A DNA stretch of 63,441 nucleotides, counting the filler, from Sphacelaria rigidula (lineage: Eukaryota), in the NCBI GenBank assembly GCA_964200075.2. It is 5 parts of 5 records of this genome, joined end to end, with 100 filler letters (N's around TTAATTAATTAA, not from the genome) between each part and the next. Parts side by side here need not be neighbours in the genome. Positions count along the whole stretch, not along the records: positions 25,419 to 38,026 come from CAXNAA020003575.1; positions 38,127 to 50,734 come from CAXNAA020003576.1; 3 more parts are not named here. The stretch is one strand, 5' to 3'. This document shows positions 25,863-39,798 of the stretch, in pieces. The translations under genes and the position numbers were made by a program. Each line of letters starts with the position of its first letter. Position 1 is the first letter of the stretch. A model generated the notes under the pieces. The model was given only the letters and a program-made list of their open reading frames with translations, searched no databases and was not told where the DNA came from.

Positions 25863-28070
25863 TCTTGCTCGACTGCTCCAAGCGGAAGTACCACGTATTC
25901 AATTTGGATTTATGTCTCCTGTGATCACCACTAGATTCACAGCGCTTCCGCGAATCTGCGACGAACGGTAAATCCATCGATCTGTTCATCAACCGCGATC
26001 AACGGGATCATCCACTGGTGACCACGCAGGCAATCTTGAGATAATCACGATGCAGGAACGCCAAACGATGCTCCGATGAATATTTTGACGCAATTGGGTT
26101 TACAGCGAATTGTACGATGTGAAAAGAGGACACACATGCCAATCGACAGAGGGGTTGGAGATGCCGGTTGGACCGGAGTTAGCGCGAACAGAGGCATTTC
26201 TTCCTGCGATCGCATCTACCAAGCCCTCGCATTGCTGTCTCTGCAACCAGTTGTTCTCCCTGTCGCATTGCCCCAGCATTCTCCGAGCGTCCGATGGCAA
26301 AGCGCCGGCGTGACGACCGTACGGATGTCGTGAGCGATGCCTTTCTGCCGAACGCAGCTCTTGTTGACTTTCGTAAGAAGCCAGTTAGTATCACTCGTTC
26401 ACTTGTGGCTCTGCCTCACACACGGAAACGTTCGGCTCAAGTCGATTCGTGCAAGTGATATCTCGCTAGTCCTAGGTCTGGCCTCCTATCAAGCACACAC
26501 GCAGGCACAAGCCGCCGCCGCCACTTTACAACTACCGTCAGATCTCACCGTTGTACAGTAACTATCGCTAGCCTGCCGTTGGTAATGTGATCACCGGTAG
26601 TTGAGCGGTGATACTGCACCGGACAGAACTCGCGGGCCAAACCCGAACTTGCACCCACCCTACGGCATCAGGCGCTAGCTGAACGATGTGGCTGACCTTA
26701 TCCGAGTTCTTATCCTCGCTGGTTGACCGCGAATACAGGCACAAGCCATCGCTTGGAGGAAAGTACGCTGTGGTACCCGCTTGGGTACAACAGTCGGCAC
26801 CCTCAACAAAGTCGGACGTGGAGGCGGGCGTACGCTACGAGGAGTTCCTTCGTACTTGTCACAACGCCAGAGACGTTGAGGAAATTGCAGCGCGCTGACG
26901 AGCGTATGTCAAGATTGCATTTGCTATATCTACACGTTTGCGCACTTCGGTGCCTCTTGTTTTCAATTTCCCCTTGTGTCCGTGGTGATTCATTCTTGTG
27001 TGGCTACATGGACACCCTGAAGTTATGTTGCGTTCACCTCGACGCCAGAGAGGTAGGTGACTAGGGCTTCATCGTAGCGCGCTGAATACAACGAGAAGGT
27101 ACTGTGCAACAGAATGCTGTGAGGCAAGCCTCTCTCGTATATGTTTTGGTCACTGCATACCGAAATGCACTTCCGGCGTAAGTAGGAAGATGATCGTGTT
27201 GAGAGCTGTCTGAAGATGCATATTTATTTAGATCCGATTTCACGCGCAGCTATTTACATGTAGGCAGGGTTGGTCCGACACGAGTTGGTTGCGTACAAAC
27301 CAGGGACCGTTCCCGGCAACACAACTCGCACCAGTTTTCGGTGGGACGCTCAAAATAGCTTGTATTGTTTTCGTCTACCTGCCGGACACCAATCAATGGA
27401 CAAGGAGATATGTTTTTTCTCGAAAACGATGCGAGCGACGCAAGGAAACTATCAGTCTGGCGTCGGAAATGCTACGCCTATCGCCGTTTGCGGAGAAGGA
27501 ATGTGCGCACAGGTACACATTCCGGATGGAGATGTGCTTATTATGGACATTACCACAATGTAGTAGACCAACAGTCGGGGGAATGGTGAGGGAACAAGGG
27601 GGGGGGGGGAATACGTATCCGCTCGCCGTACAAACGGGTATCAAACCCACGTTGCCGGAAAAGCATCTCCGTTTTGCCTCAGACAGGGTGTGGGCGTGCC
27701 CCCTTGCGCGAACTGGAGAGAGGGGCATGGGAGTTGCTCGGGGCTTGCCGAGAGCGGGGCATGGCATGCAAAGCAACGTCAGCATCTTACGATCTCGAGA
27801 GCCAAATGTAATATACGCGAAGGTTTTGTCCGAGACAACTTCGTTTTGCCGTGTGTACAAACTGGTGCCGTTTCGTGTTCTACAGTACCCTTCGTGCGCT
27901 GACGTCAAGATCCGCACATTTTGTCACGCGCTCATCACCTATTAGATGTCACGTCGGTGTATCACAGCTCCCACTCCGATCCTTCTACACAGGGGTATCC
28001 ATGTTGGGAACGTACCATCTTGCAACCGCGTCTAGATTCGTAGTGGATCAGTGCATTTGCGGCAATTAAA

Positions 28071-29066
28071 CAGGGCTCGGTGTGATGGGCAAAAGTATCA
28101 CGGGTGATCTCGCGGGGTAGACGGGAATAATTCATGTCGCGTGTCGTCGTCGTTTTGATCTCGGGTCCCCCTTCCCATCCCGTCGCTTTATTAGTGAGGA
28201 GAATAAGGTTCTGTCTAGTCCCGACGCGACAGGATTGCGTTCCCATCCCGTCGTCCGTTTGGCCACGGGCAGGCGTTTCCGCCCCGTCCCGTCCCGTCCC
28301 GTCCCGCTTTTTTTTGTTTTTGACGGCGGGCAGGCTTTCCCATCTGGTTCCGATCCAACAGATGGACATTTTCGCCGCGTTTGATCCTCAGGGTAAGATC
28401 CTCGACCTTTTTCACCGGAATTACCATCAGATTGTTACGTAAATTCCAGTCAACCCAACGGAAGTTCTGGTCCAAACAGACGGAAATTTGGTATAACTTT
28501 ACCCGTGTGGAATACAGGAATGTTTTGAAAATGTGTTCAGACTCCGGTCCCTTCTCTTCCACAGCCTATTTTAAATTTACACTTCACATGAAGAGATGAA
28601 CGGTCACAGTTATCATGGCAATGGCTTGTGACGGGATTTCGGCCCGGGGGGCGGGGCGGGATTCCCGTCCCCCGAAATCCACGGGATGGGAGGAGGATTT
28701 AAGAAACCTTGGCAATTATGAATGAACTCAAGTGATGGCGGGTGTTGTCCCTCAACGCCAGTGCAGAGATTGTTTCTTGGGTAACAAGTTTTTTGTCCCA
28801 TTGTGCTCATTTCGCGGGCTTTGTACACGTCTTTTGTGAGGACAGGACTGGACGGGAATTCCCGTCTCGCCTATATTCAAGTTCTCGTCCCGTCCCGTTA
28901 TTGTTTTGCCGACGGGAACAGTTCCCATCCCGTACTATCATGTCTTCGGCTACAGGAGAACATTTCCGTCCCGTCCCGACATTTGTTTCCCGATGGGAAA
29001 TCGTTCCCGTCCCGTCCCCTTATCTTATCGACGGCGAGATTTCCCGTCTCGAAATTCCGTCATCTG
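28071..29066. mobile_element. Non-autonomous DNA-transposon remnant(s) rich in CCCGT/ACGGG subterminal repeats
   Basis: Starts CAGGGCTCGG and carries many CCCGTCCCGT motifs. GTGACGGGATTTC (~28628) is inverted relative to GAAATTCCGTCA (~29051). Confidence 0.6.
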
Positions 29067-32000
29067 GAATTAGTTGATCGGTCGACCGATCAATCAGATT
29101 ACCCTACGTGTCTTGTTGGCAGGCGGAGGTTGGTGAGTCAATAAGCAACTCCACGTTCACGATTGCCGAATGGATTCACTGTTTGGAACCGTTCAGATGA
29201 CCACAGCATATATGCACAGAGTGTGGCATTTGCACCGTGTTACCAACATGTAGCGTTTTGCGAAAGATGAGAACTGGGACTCTGACCAATCATCAAGGCA
29301 AGAAACGAGAACGAAAACATCACCACAGGTGCTGTTTCGTCAGGGTAAGTCCCCAATCTCCAAAGGATTACATGAGGCTGCGCGGGTCTGATGAGCACAA
29401 GTGCAACAATGGGCGTGACTGCGGTGAGTAAGAAGTTGGAGATCTGGATCTCCAATGTTCTCCGAAACGTTCCACGTTGCTGTATCCAGTTCGTTCAAGG
29501 ATAGCTCTGTCATGGGAAGCTTGTGACGATGAGTAAACTCACGATCTTGTTGCACAAAATTCTCCGGAACGTTCAGCGGTACTTTATTCAGTTTGTTCCC
29601 GGGTAAACTCGTAATGAGAAGCTTGTAGCGGCGGAGAGGTGCTATGCTTTTCCCACTCAATACGCCTGCATCCCGCTGAAGAAATGGACACGACTGAAGT
29701 GTGCTCGAGCAAATCCTACTACCCCTCCAGAAGTTTGTTGTTCAGCGTTCTGACCGCGAACATATCAGCAGCTGACCTTCTTGTAACACGATTGACCGCC
29801 AAATTTTCCACACAGACACGAGGGCGGTTCACTACGTTGACCCACTTTGCGACCGATGCCGTTTAGACAAGAAAGGGCGAGTACACTACTGCTACTACCG
29901 CTGTTCGTCTTCCCCCACGGGTTACGATGACTACTATATCACCACCTGCACGCTGAAACATGGAACGGCATATCTGGGCCTTTTCCCATACCAACAAGAG
30001 CGTGGAGCCTACGACCTTAGTGTGATCGGTAAACCTCCTCCGCGATCACTCTCAACATTCCTGGATATTCTATCATGTTGCGGCTCGACCCGCCCGGCGC
30101 TGCTGCATGAATGAACAAAAGTGGTACCCACGGGAAACGCGGCATCAGCTTTTATTCCTCTTTCTCATGTATTCGGAGCACACCACAGCTGTCCTGATAT
30201 GGCAGGGTTCCACACGCATTTTATCCTGTAGTCCGTCTGTAGTGACTGGACCGTAGTCAAGCGTTATACCCTTTCGCACTGTGCGGCCATCATCATGTTC
30301 ACGAGTCTGTCTCTTCCCTCATGTCTTCAGCCTAGCAAGTAGCCACAGCAGCTCTAGGGCGAGCGCAACCTGGATTCGGAGGATTGACCCTTCCCGGGAC
30401 ATTTTGGAATTTCTTCATGACGAACTGCGTCGGTTGGAAGAAATGGAGCGGTCGGCAAGAGTACGACGAAGGGAGTAATTTGGCGATTGAGGCTGACAAT
30501 TGACGCGTGAGGCTACGTAGACGAACAAGACATTGCAAGTTTATTTTCTGTCCACTGTTTCTAGCTGGGACCCTGGATTTCACGGGTCTGACATTTGGAA
30601 CTGAAGTTGAGTTCACATCGGTTAAAGGGACTCTTGGATCGAGCGTACAGAGGCAATGCCTGCAAGACATCGTTCGTGTATGGTTTGTTTAGAGCAGGCT
30701 GAGTTTGGAGGGGATGTGTTCCGAGCTGGGCCAGGCCGAAAATAGTTTCAAGCTATCACAGTAAAATCTCGTCGACGCGGATGAATTGGGCCGTTATCCA
30801 CACGTCTTATTGTCCGTCTGATCAAGGGGACAGCTTCCATCTGCTCAAAAGCCCGGGTCATCCTTTTCTCGTCGGATAAACGGCATGTCGAGTAAACCCC
30901 ACAACGTACGGAGGTAGGGTCCTTGCAAAAGGCTATGTGCGATGTGTACATAGGATGCTAACGGTGTTAGGCTTGAACATTTCCTGGAGCATTTGGAAAC
31001 AATGATGCCCATATTTTTACCCAGTTCGTTATCCATCTGATGTGTCGTACATGATATGCTATACTAAACTCAATATATAACCGGCAGAAACACCAAATGT
31101 ACCAAATCTGGATTCCGCTTCGCACTTTCAAGAGTATCCCAAGAGCGAGATAAAAATGAAGCGCTCATGACCTTGGGATATTTTCCCTCACTCAAGAATG
31201 TTTCCTGAAAAACAAACGTATTTTCTGATCCTTAACTCAGTTTTACCATTGTGCGTCGAAATTTAGGATGAGTGGTCGCGAGGGCATGCTGAAAACTAAG
31301 CAAAACAGGACGTTCATGTGTTCTCGTGAGTTCAGGACGCTCTCATGAAAGAATGGTCCTCACTGCAGTAAAACTTCCTTAACTCGCGAAAAATATATGT
31401 GCATCGAAATTTTCCGTTGTTCGTTATTATCATACCATCGCAGTTCTCCACACAAACTATCACAGCACGAGTCTCAAAATTAAGTTGCTGAATGACCTAC
31501 AACACACCGATCTGTTTGTGGGCCATCCTAGGCTGTAAGTCTAGAGTGCTCATGTTTTTTCCGAGAGTTGCTCTTCCGAAATTGGTGTGGAGAATCGCTA
31601 TAATAGGGCATGATGAAGATAAAAAAAATGGACAAGAAATATAGGACGTTGAGATTGTTGTGTTTCATGAGTAACGAAAATTATGGTGAAACCTGAATCT
31701 GTCTCAACACTCCATATCACAGCAAATTCATTGTTCCAAAAATTCCTGTTTCTTATGCCGCAGCGACTCTTCATGCCGAATTTGGAAGTGCAACTCTCGA
31801 AGTAGAGGTGAAAATCTGCCTGCCACCTACAGATCCGATTCTAGGCCGGCCCGGGTATTGCCCGGCATTTCCTGTGATCAAGAGAGGATTTAATCCCTTG
31901 AGACTGTGGACTCGCCTCGAGGAAGGGAAGACTTTATTCCAAGAAGGCGACGAACAAGAAGGGAAAATTGGCCCACCAATACACCTTTCGCGCGAGGGAT

Positions 32001-33486
32001 ACCTCGTGGGGAAAATCAAACATTCAAGGGGTGTTGGTACAAAGACAGGGTGTGAACGCCAACGACAAAGACACTTTTCTCGGGTTGCTTACCGTAGACG
32101 GTGCTCTCCGTGGCGGCTTGAGGTTAACGTTGTGTCCCTCCGAGGCCTTGGTCTCTCTCGGAGGGGGCATTCGCTGGTGACACAATAGCAAGCGCGGAAC
32201 GTTGAACGAAGGTGAGGGCATCGTTGTAGTTTGGCGTAAGTGTGAAGGGTACATTTTCGGCGCAAAGGTAGAGGACACCGTTAGGTTGGATAGTATCGAA
32301 AGCTACACAACCATTGGCCTACCGGCCTTATGTTTAGACGCAGCATCTGTTGGCGCAACCGTGTACGAAGCCGGGCGCTAGATGGTGTCGATACGTGCAG
32401 AAGCTATTGAGCGACCGGTCGGCGCTGACCTCTTGCCGAGTGATTGCTGTACTCTCTAACACCGATTTGTATATGTCTGCATGCCACGAGTTTCGTCTGC
32501 AGCACGCTCGCGTTAGGGAATGTCTCCACCGTTTCTTCGGAAGAAGTGCGATTCTGTGAATAACTGTATGGCCTAAGCTCTACCGCCTTTGACGGAAGGT
32601 AAATTATGTTATTTACTGCTCCCTCCGCAATTCCCGGTGAATTCGCGTAGCGCATGTGTTTGTTTGCCAAAAAAACTCACGAACTTTTTCTGTAACACGC
32701 TAACATCGGGGTAGTCTTTGCCTTCCGCAGCAAAGTCCGTAAATCGCGCTTCGATCAGTGCAGAGAGGGGACACGCCATCTTCTCCGACTTCGTGCCGTA
32801 CGGCCCATCAAAAGGGATCTGTTTCGGTGGACAGCAACGAGCAAGACGACTGCGAATAAGCGATTCATTTTCATCAACAAATGCTCTGTGGGAGAGAGGC
32901 CTTATATCGAAGTATTTTCTTTGCGGGTCCTCCTGCCGCTGTTCCGTGGACTTAAGACGATGCCTACCTCTCAGACAATTTCACATCCGCCAAACCTGGT
33001 CTCGACCGTTCATGTGACCACTTCTAGTCGGTGCGTGATATCGGCTTCCCGGGAAAGGTGTTGCCGAGAGCAAGTCGGTTCGTAAGGGATACAAGCGTTT
33101 TCAAGCGAACAAACGCGAACAGGTCATAAAGTGACACAAAAACGTCAGAGAATTCCAAAGGATACGACAAAAAACAGCTCTTTGCCATAAACTGTGTGGC
33201 ATACCACCGAAATTGCCAAGCCGGGTATATCGGGATAAAGGCTCGTGGTCTTCCAAACCCGTGCGTTGTACGTGCTACATGTACACTGATTCAGATTCAG
33301 GGAGCGCGGTGGAACCCGTCGTCGGTGTGGTCCGTTGAGGTAGAGAACACAGGAAGGAGAACAAGCTGTAAGCTTTTGGCTGAAAAAAATAGAGGAAGCG
33401 CAGAACGTCGTCAAGGATACCGAAACGCCAGAGAAGTGGACCTGCTGTCATGATCTAGCACTGGAATCCGCTGGTACTACTTAGAA

Positions 33487-33715
33487 GGCACGACACTTTC
33501 TTCGATAGCCCCCCTCCCAAACGTGCATGGTTTTGGGAGGCAATATCTTCACATGAATCGAAATGGGAAAATCCGAGCACAACGAGAAGCTGGGAATTTC
33601 CACGCTTGGGTTCGTTCTAGCCAATGTTGCCAATATGAGACGCTCCATGCAGCCTGAACCCAAACATCAGGCGCTGTATGACCATTTTGTTCGTGACACT
33701 TCTGAGCTGGTTTTG
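33487..33715. mobile_element. MITE copy (same family as 22489-22740), right TIR lost
   Basis: GGCACGACACTTTCTTCGATAGCCCCCCTCCCAA TIR and colinear internal similarity. Confidence 0.85.
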
Positions 33716-36700
33716 TCGCACGAAGCATGCACACCCGAGGGGAAACGGTGTATATAGTCTGTGGCGAGACGTTCCCCTGTTTGTTGGGAAAGCGCAAACG
33801 CGTCTTGTACAACCTACACCGATTGGATACCCTACACATGTCCCGCGCGTGGGGGCTAAAATCGGAAGACCATCGGTTGCGTACGACGGGTTCCACGGTG
33901 TGGATTTGTCAAAGCCCACGATGGTTGTACTCAAGTCCTACCACATGGCAAATGATACCGCTTCAGTGCATCCACATCTGGCGGAGCCGATCCCACGCAT
34001 GAGAGTTTTCAGCAAGGTGTCGTTTTTTCTTAGATCATCCTGGAGTAGCCCAAAAAGGGCTCCAGGATGTAGCATCTGCTTCGACCCACTATTCACACAT
34101 CTTTCTTCTACATATGCAGAGCCATGTTTCGTTCTCTTCCGATTCATTACCTTATCTCGCTTTCTCATCCCTCCCTCCATGACGTTCGTCCCTGGAGGTG
34201 TGAATCGAATCTCAGGATGTGCCTGTCAGATTTAGCGAAGCAAACGATATGCCATGCAGTTAACGTGTGAATGGATTACCAGTGTCGCATTGCTACCCCT
34301 TTTCTATCAGTTTTGGAGTGTGCAATCCAAAGATGATGAACGCGTCGCTCGTTCGCCGAGTGATGCTTACGGTAGGGGTGCTCAGATATTTTCTGGGCAT
34401 GGGATTGTTAGGAGCCCTGTATCTCATCCAAAACACGGCTTTCGAAATATGTGAGAGTACGCAAGGGTTACTATTCCAACATGCTTGAGATATGCCAAAT
34501 AAATTTGCAAACGGGGATGCCCTGACCCACATTCTTGTGCATCTCAAATCGTCAGGAGCCCCTGAACCAGACACGATTTTGGGCAAAAAGTGCACCCCTA
34601 CCGTAGCATTGCTCTGCCGCATTCACGAAACCAAGCCGTGCTCGTCAACGAATCTGCCAATAGGTACCATTTTAAGCACGAACGGCAATATAGTACGACT
34701 TTGTTGACCCATCAGTGAGCCAGAACCGACGATTCAATAGCAGCAAAAAGCAGCATATGCAGTGGGTTCGGGGTAGCCGTTGGTCATTTAGGGTCAAACG
34801 TTTTTGCACATGATTGGGTGTAGTCGTGTCCTTCCATGAAGGGTACGGCCACTACGAAGGAACCCCCATAACCTATAGTTGGACAGAATCACGACCATGA
34901 CTCCCGAGCGAAATTGATGTCGGTGCAACGTCAACGCGGTATTATCTCCAGAGTTTCTAGTTATGGACGGGGTTTACGCAGGTTCACATGACGTGTGTGT
35001 AACTCAGTCCCGTTGCTTGTGTTTTCGGTGGGCACGGTCACTCTTCATGGGCGGTGTGAATTAGTACCGTGCAGTGGTATATCTGGTCGGTGGCGATGGG
35101 CACAAGATTCTTAGGTTTCCAAAGGTAGCACCGCATTGCCCGTGCGCCCACCTGTGCGAACAATCGAACGTCCTTGGCGGTGATGTTTCCGTGGTGGATA
35201 GCCAACGCGTTCGTTTTAATGAGGTTTCGATCCGAAGTTTTGGCCACAGAAGGTTTAGAGACGTCCCACGTAGACAACACTGCGCGATGCAACGCGTATT
35301 CGCGGATGGCCGACGAAAGGGGCCGGCAACACAGAGAGCCGGGTGGAAAACAGCAGCTTTCGATCGTCAAACTGGAGGGAACAGAAAACGTTGCTGTTGA
35401 TGTCACGTATTTCGGAATTGCTTGGACGATTGGGCTGGTGTCCAGTAGTTCTACTGCGGTTGGATATTGAAGACGGTGGTATGGTGCCTCGGTGGTGTTT
35501 GCGTTGAGCTCTGCCCTCATAAGCAAGGGGTACTGAAGATTTCGAAACTGTGCATACTTCTCATCGTTTACTTTAAGAGATGCAATGGGAAATATCGGAG
35601 TAGTAATGTGTAAGCCCAAATGCGCAAGGCAAATGAGGACAATATGAACGCACTACGGTAGTGCACCCGTGCGATACTTTCGTGACATACACTTGTTCAT
35701 TGAGAGGGACTGGGGCTACGATATTTCTTGCTTTGCAGCGGTCAATAACAACCGTGTTTGTCACGAAACCCGCCGTTTCTGCATTCGACGTTTTTCCGTA
35801 CCTCATTTTGTGCATAAATGGGTTAGTTACCAAACGGGGATTTGAATACGCGTACCGCACCGCTCTGCTCAGCCTTTGATACACTTCTTGGTTTCGAGGT
35901 TTGCTTGAATTCCCGCGACGGTTTGAGACCCCAACATTCGGACCCAAATGTATCAAACAGCACACGACAAGCATGGTTCCGCCTGAAGGACTCCAAAACC
36001 ACGCTGCTTTCACTACATGAGCAGCTTTGCCTCGAGTGGTAAGCACGGCCGTAACACAAAAGATTTTTCAACGGCAGAGAAGTACGGTACCTGCTCCTGC
36101 TCCCTCGCTATCCTTGGCGACCAGAGCGCCGTATGTGTGGGAAGACGGCGGGAGGTCCCAAGTGCTCGTACGGACCTGGCAAGTACCCATGATGGCTCTG
36201 TCACTCAGGCGCGTTGCTTATCACGGCTCATCATTACATGCGTCTACTTGTCGTGCGGACGGCGTGGAAGTACTCGTGATACTTCTCGGCGGGAATGACA
36301 CGTCGCGCCCCTGTCACACGGCCACCGGCTGCAGCGTACTCAGGCGACGGCTAGAAATATTCTGATGTATGGTGTCTTCGCTTATTGTGGACGATACGCC
36401 GCAGGTATAAGGTATTCAGGGCATCAAAGCTACCTGCTGGTGAAAAGTTTCGAAGAGAAAATATTCCCCAATCTCATCATTTGGAACACTTAACTGTTGT
36501 ACCTCGATCCGTCTAAAACCTACGGAACATCGATCTGAGGTCTTCCCACACTCTCGGCCTGCATGTACGTCGTTTCACGAATTCACCGCCTCTAGGAATC
36601 ATCTCCTTGCTGCTTCTTGTGACGCATCTCGCTCTTGTACGACTACTACGGCATGCTGCGAAACAATACCGAAATATGCTCTGTGTAGGATTTTCTTCTT

Positions 36701-38026
36701 ACTTTTCCGACGACATCCTTGACCATTGTGGCCTTCTTTGCCGCTGTCTTCACCATCGTTGTACGGCTTCCTGTCCGTCCCGCCGGACAAAACGCGAAAC
36801 ATCAGTACAATAAAAGTGGTCCGCGTCCCAATGCAGTGCGCGGTCATTGAGTGACGTGCCGCTGAGGAGAGAATGGCCAAATCACGCGACTACTGCAGGA
36901 AATTACTGGGTATGGTGTCTAGCGCTACGTTCCCCGCAACGTTTTTGAAGTAGGCATCACTGTGGCCGCAAACTGTTAGAGTCATGTAAATCGCGCGTAC
37001 AGTGAGTACAGCTGCGTGGCAGCCGTATATCGTCGTGATGACCAATATGGGAATCCGATGCCACCTCTGATGTATCCCAGGTCAAGATTACCGTTCATTG
37101 GGCAGGAGATTATATCGCGGCGGGGATATTCGTCGACATCATACTCACCTTGCGGAGTCACGTGGCAGAGGAGAGAGGTAATACAACCTGGGGGTGGTGG
37201 ACTTATGTAGACATGAGAAAGCTCATGAGCGTAGAGATCTCGCAACTTCGTCATAATCATGTTGCGTTTCGACCAAAAATTGCGCCGCATATTGCGCCAC
37301 ACATTCCGCCGCATATCGCGCCTTGCCAGTTACACTGATCAACCGCTTGGCCTTTCCTATGGCAGTACGCCTGTTCAGAAGCTAATACTAAATATGAACA
37401 CCGTGGGAGGAATGTTCCAACAGGACAGAGTGGTGCCTAGCTCACCAGGCTCACTTCCCCGGGTTGATGTGAGATATGCTTCATTTCGTGCCTTTCTTCA
37501 GCAACACAAAGCACTTGCCGTTGCCCAAGTGCCTACTCCGGACTTATACACTACTTGCCGCTGAAGTAGGGAGGAAGAATTATGTACCCAATGTTTAACA
37601 GGCCACCATGCCTACCTCAGCCTAACTCCGTTCCGGAAGCGTTGCTCTCCCTAGGGATAATTAGAGATGTGTGGTGCAGCGCACTAGAGTGGCGTCTGAG
37701 TATCCGAATGGGCCGTTCACGGCTTGAAAGTATAGGAATTTAGAATTTGGAGAGGCGAAGACGCTCCGCAAACCGCTGCATACGATGCTTTGGGATTTAC
37801 CTTCATTTGCACAACGTCTGTAGGATACCTCCGGGGCACCCTACGGCTTTGCACCAGTAGATAAAGTGTACTGGGTACGCGTGCTCGATTTTTTATTGAA
37901 CTGTTGTGTGATGCGTGGGAGACCGCGTGCTTTTTGGACTGCATCGGAGTCTTCCTACGATAGGGGGGGGGGGATTTGGTTGCACGAAAGAAGAGGCTCA
38001 TAAGTGTGTCAGACATCCTTCCACAC

Positions 38027-38126
38027 NNNNNNNNNNNNNNNNNNNNNNNNNNNNNNNNNNNNNNNNNNNNTTAATTAATTAANNNNNNNNNNNNNNNNNN
38101 NNNNNNNNNNNNNNNNNNNNNNNNNN
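38027..38126. other. Artificial contig spacer
   Basis: N44-TTAATTAATTAA-N44. Confidence 0.99.
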
Positions 38127-38361
38127 GGGATTTTTTTGGGGGGTGGTATCGCAGCGACCAATCAGCCGTCGTTTTTCAAAAGGGGGATTTTGAAAAAGGG
38201 GATTATCCCCTTCGTTAAGACAGGCCCTAACAGGCGTTCTTACCTCGCCTCGAAGAAAAAAAAATAACGAGACTCCACCGTTTTTTTCGTCTGTTCACGT
38301 ACGTCTTGATGTCCTGCATGACCGTCAAAGCAACCTCCTGTCGACTGTACTCCGTGTACTT

Positions 38362-38757
38362 ACCCTCTAACTATGCATTTTTTTTCAAGTGAGGAAGTGG
38401 CACACATGAAAGGAGTCATTTTTTCTTTCGCGAGTGTTAGTGTTGTCCCTGACGCATGGCTGGAAGTTCCTCGTTTGGAAGCGATGCGGTGGTGATGTCG
38501 CGACTTGAGACGACCCGACGAACAGCTACTCGGCCGCGACTTGCCGAGGGTTCTTGAGTGATTATTCAAATATTCTTGGCACGTTGTGCCCACGTAGCTG
38601 TTCGTCAGGTCGTCGCAAGTCGCGATATCATCACCGCATTACTTCCAAACGAGAGACTTTCGGCCGCGCGTCAACGACAAGATTGGAGGTCGCGAAAGAA
38701 GTGGTGTCTTTCATGCGTGCTGATTTCGTCTCACCCGAAAATCAGGTATTGAAGGGT
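38362..38757. mobile_element. Fold-back (palindromic) MITE
   Basis: Long imperfect inverted arms centred ~38560, e.g. TCGCGACTTGAGACGACCCGACGAACAGCTAC versus GTAGCTGTTCGTCAGGTCGTCGCAAGTCGCGA. Confidence 0.8.
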
Positions 38758-38807
38758 TCGAGTGTGTTCGGTGGGGTTTCAAGATTTCTGGAAGACCCTT
38801 CGTTATA

Positions 38808-39008
38808 ATGGAGAGCGACCATGTCGTGGGTACACGAAATTCGACTCAGTGGTCGACCAGGGAAAGGTACTGCTAAACCCCTCTCGCGATGAAAAAGAAA
38901 AAGGCCCTGTGTTGACCTTCCTCCTGTGTGACCCCGGTTAGTGTGCCCACATATACCGAAAGGTGTAGACCGGCGCCCAAGATAGATGGGACGACAACAC
39001 ACACACAC
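38808..39008 (+). mobile_element. tRNA-derived SINE family 1, 5'-truncated
   Basis: Shares body and tail TACCGAAAGGTGTAGACCGGCG...GACGACAA(CA)n with 50144-50499. Confidence 0.8.
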
Positions 39009-39608
39009 TTATGGAACTATCGGGTACCGATGTGGAAGTGTTGCAGAACCTTCACGCAACCTGTCGGCTGCGGTATGGAGGTTGTACAAAAACACTCACC
39101 AGGTACTTCTACAAGGGTATACTCGTATTCCGGGTAAGGGTAAACGCCTCTTATAGATATCACAGAACTGTCGGGTACCTGTATGGACGTCTTACAGAAT
39201 TTACAGGACCTGTCGGATATGGTGTGGAGCTTGGGCAGGAACCTTCACCCGCAACCGGGTATTCCGTAAAGAGTATACCCGTACCGCGGGTAAGGGTAAG
39301 AATTTCTTGCAGTTCCTACAGAAATGTCGGATACCGGTCTCGAAGTCTGGACGGAACTGATTGAAATGTCGGATACGGGTAATCTCCGGGTAGATCCCCC
39401 GGGTACACAAAAAATCGCACCATGCAGAAGCCGAATCCTGCATAACTTCGTGTGAAACTTCGGATACGAATCCGAAGACACGTTGCCCTCCCGTTCCATG
39501 CGCGTGTTTCGCGGACAATAGTATAGTAGTGTAGAATCTCCCGTGTTTTGTTTTTTCATGTTTACTTCTTTCGCTTTGACTCTCAAAAACGAACGAATTC
39601 GCGAGCAG

Positions 39609-39762
39609 ATCGTCGTCTTGCAAACAATCGGCTCAAGCTGGAGCCATAAGGACGGCGCCGGATGCAACCGCTTCCGCTAGTACTGGAACGCGTGGGGAAC
39701 AGGAGGCACCTACTCTGGGAGAGCTTGGCGCTGCAGATAACCGACTGCGGAGGTCCAACTTC

Positions 39763-39798
<36 letters not shown>

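Larger units (their letters stand above)
25870..37945. pseudogene. Decayed coding-like region of unknown origin (mostly minus strand; plus-strand segment ~31610-32540)
   Basis: Protein-like fragments join across frameshifts (e.g. 35573..36046 to 35038..35619; RKYFDIRPLSHRAFVDENESLIRSRL; HIAHSLLQGPYLRTLWGLLDMPF). No domain recognised. Confidence 0.45.

Noticed and set aside
34200-34300. Ulp1/adenain-like protease motif (WHIVCFAKSDRHILRFDS, minus strand)
   Set aside because: Only the H and D spacing is suggestive. No catalytic Q..C.G motif follows and the frame has stops.
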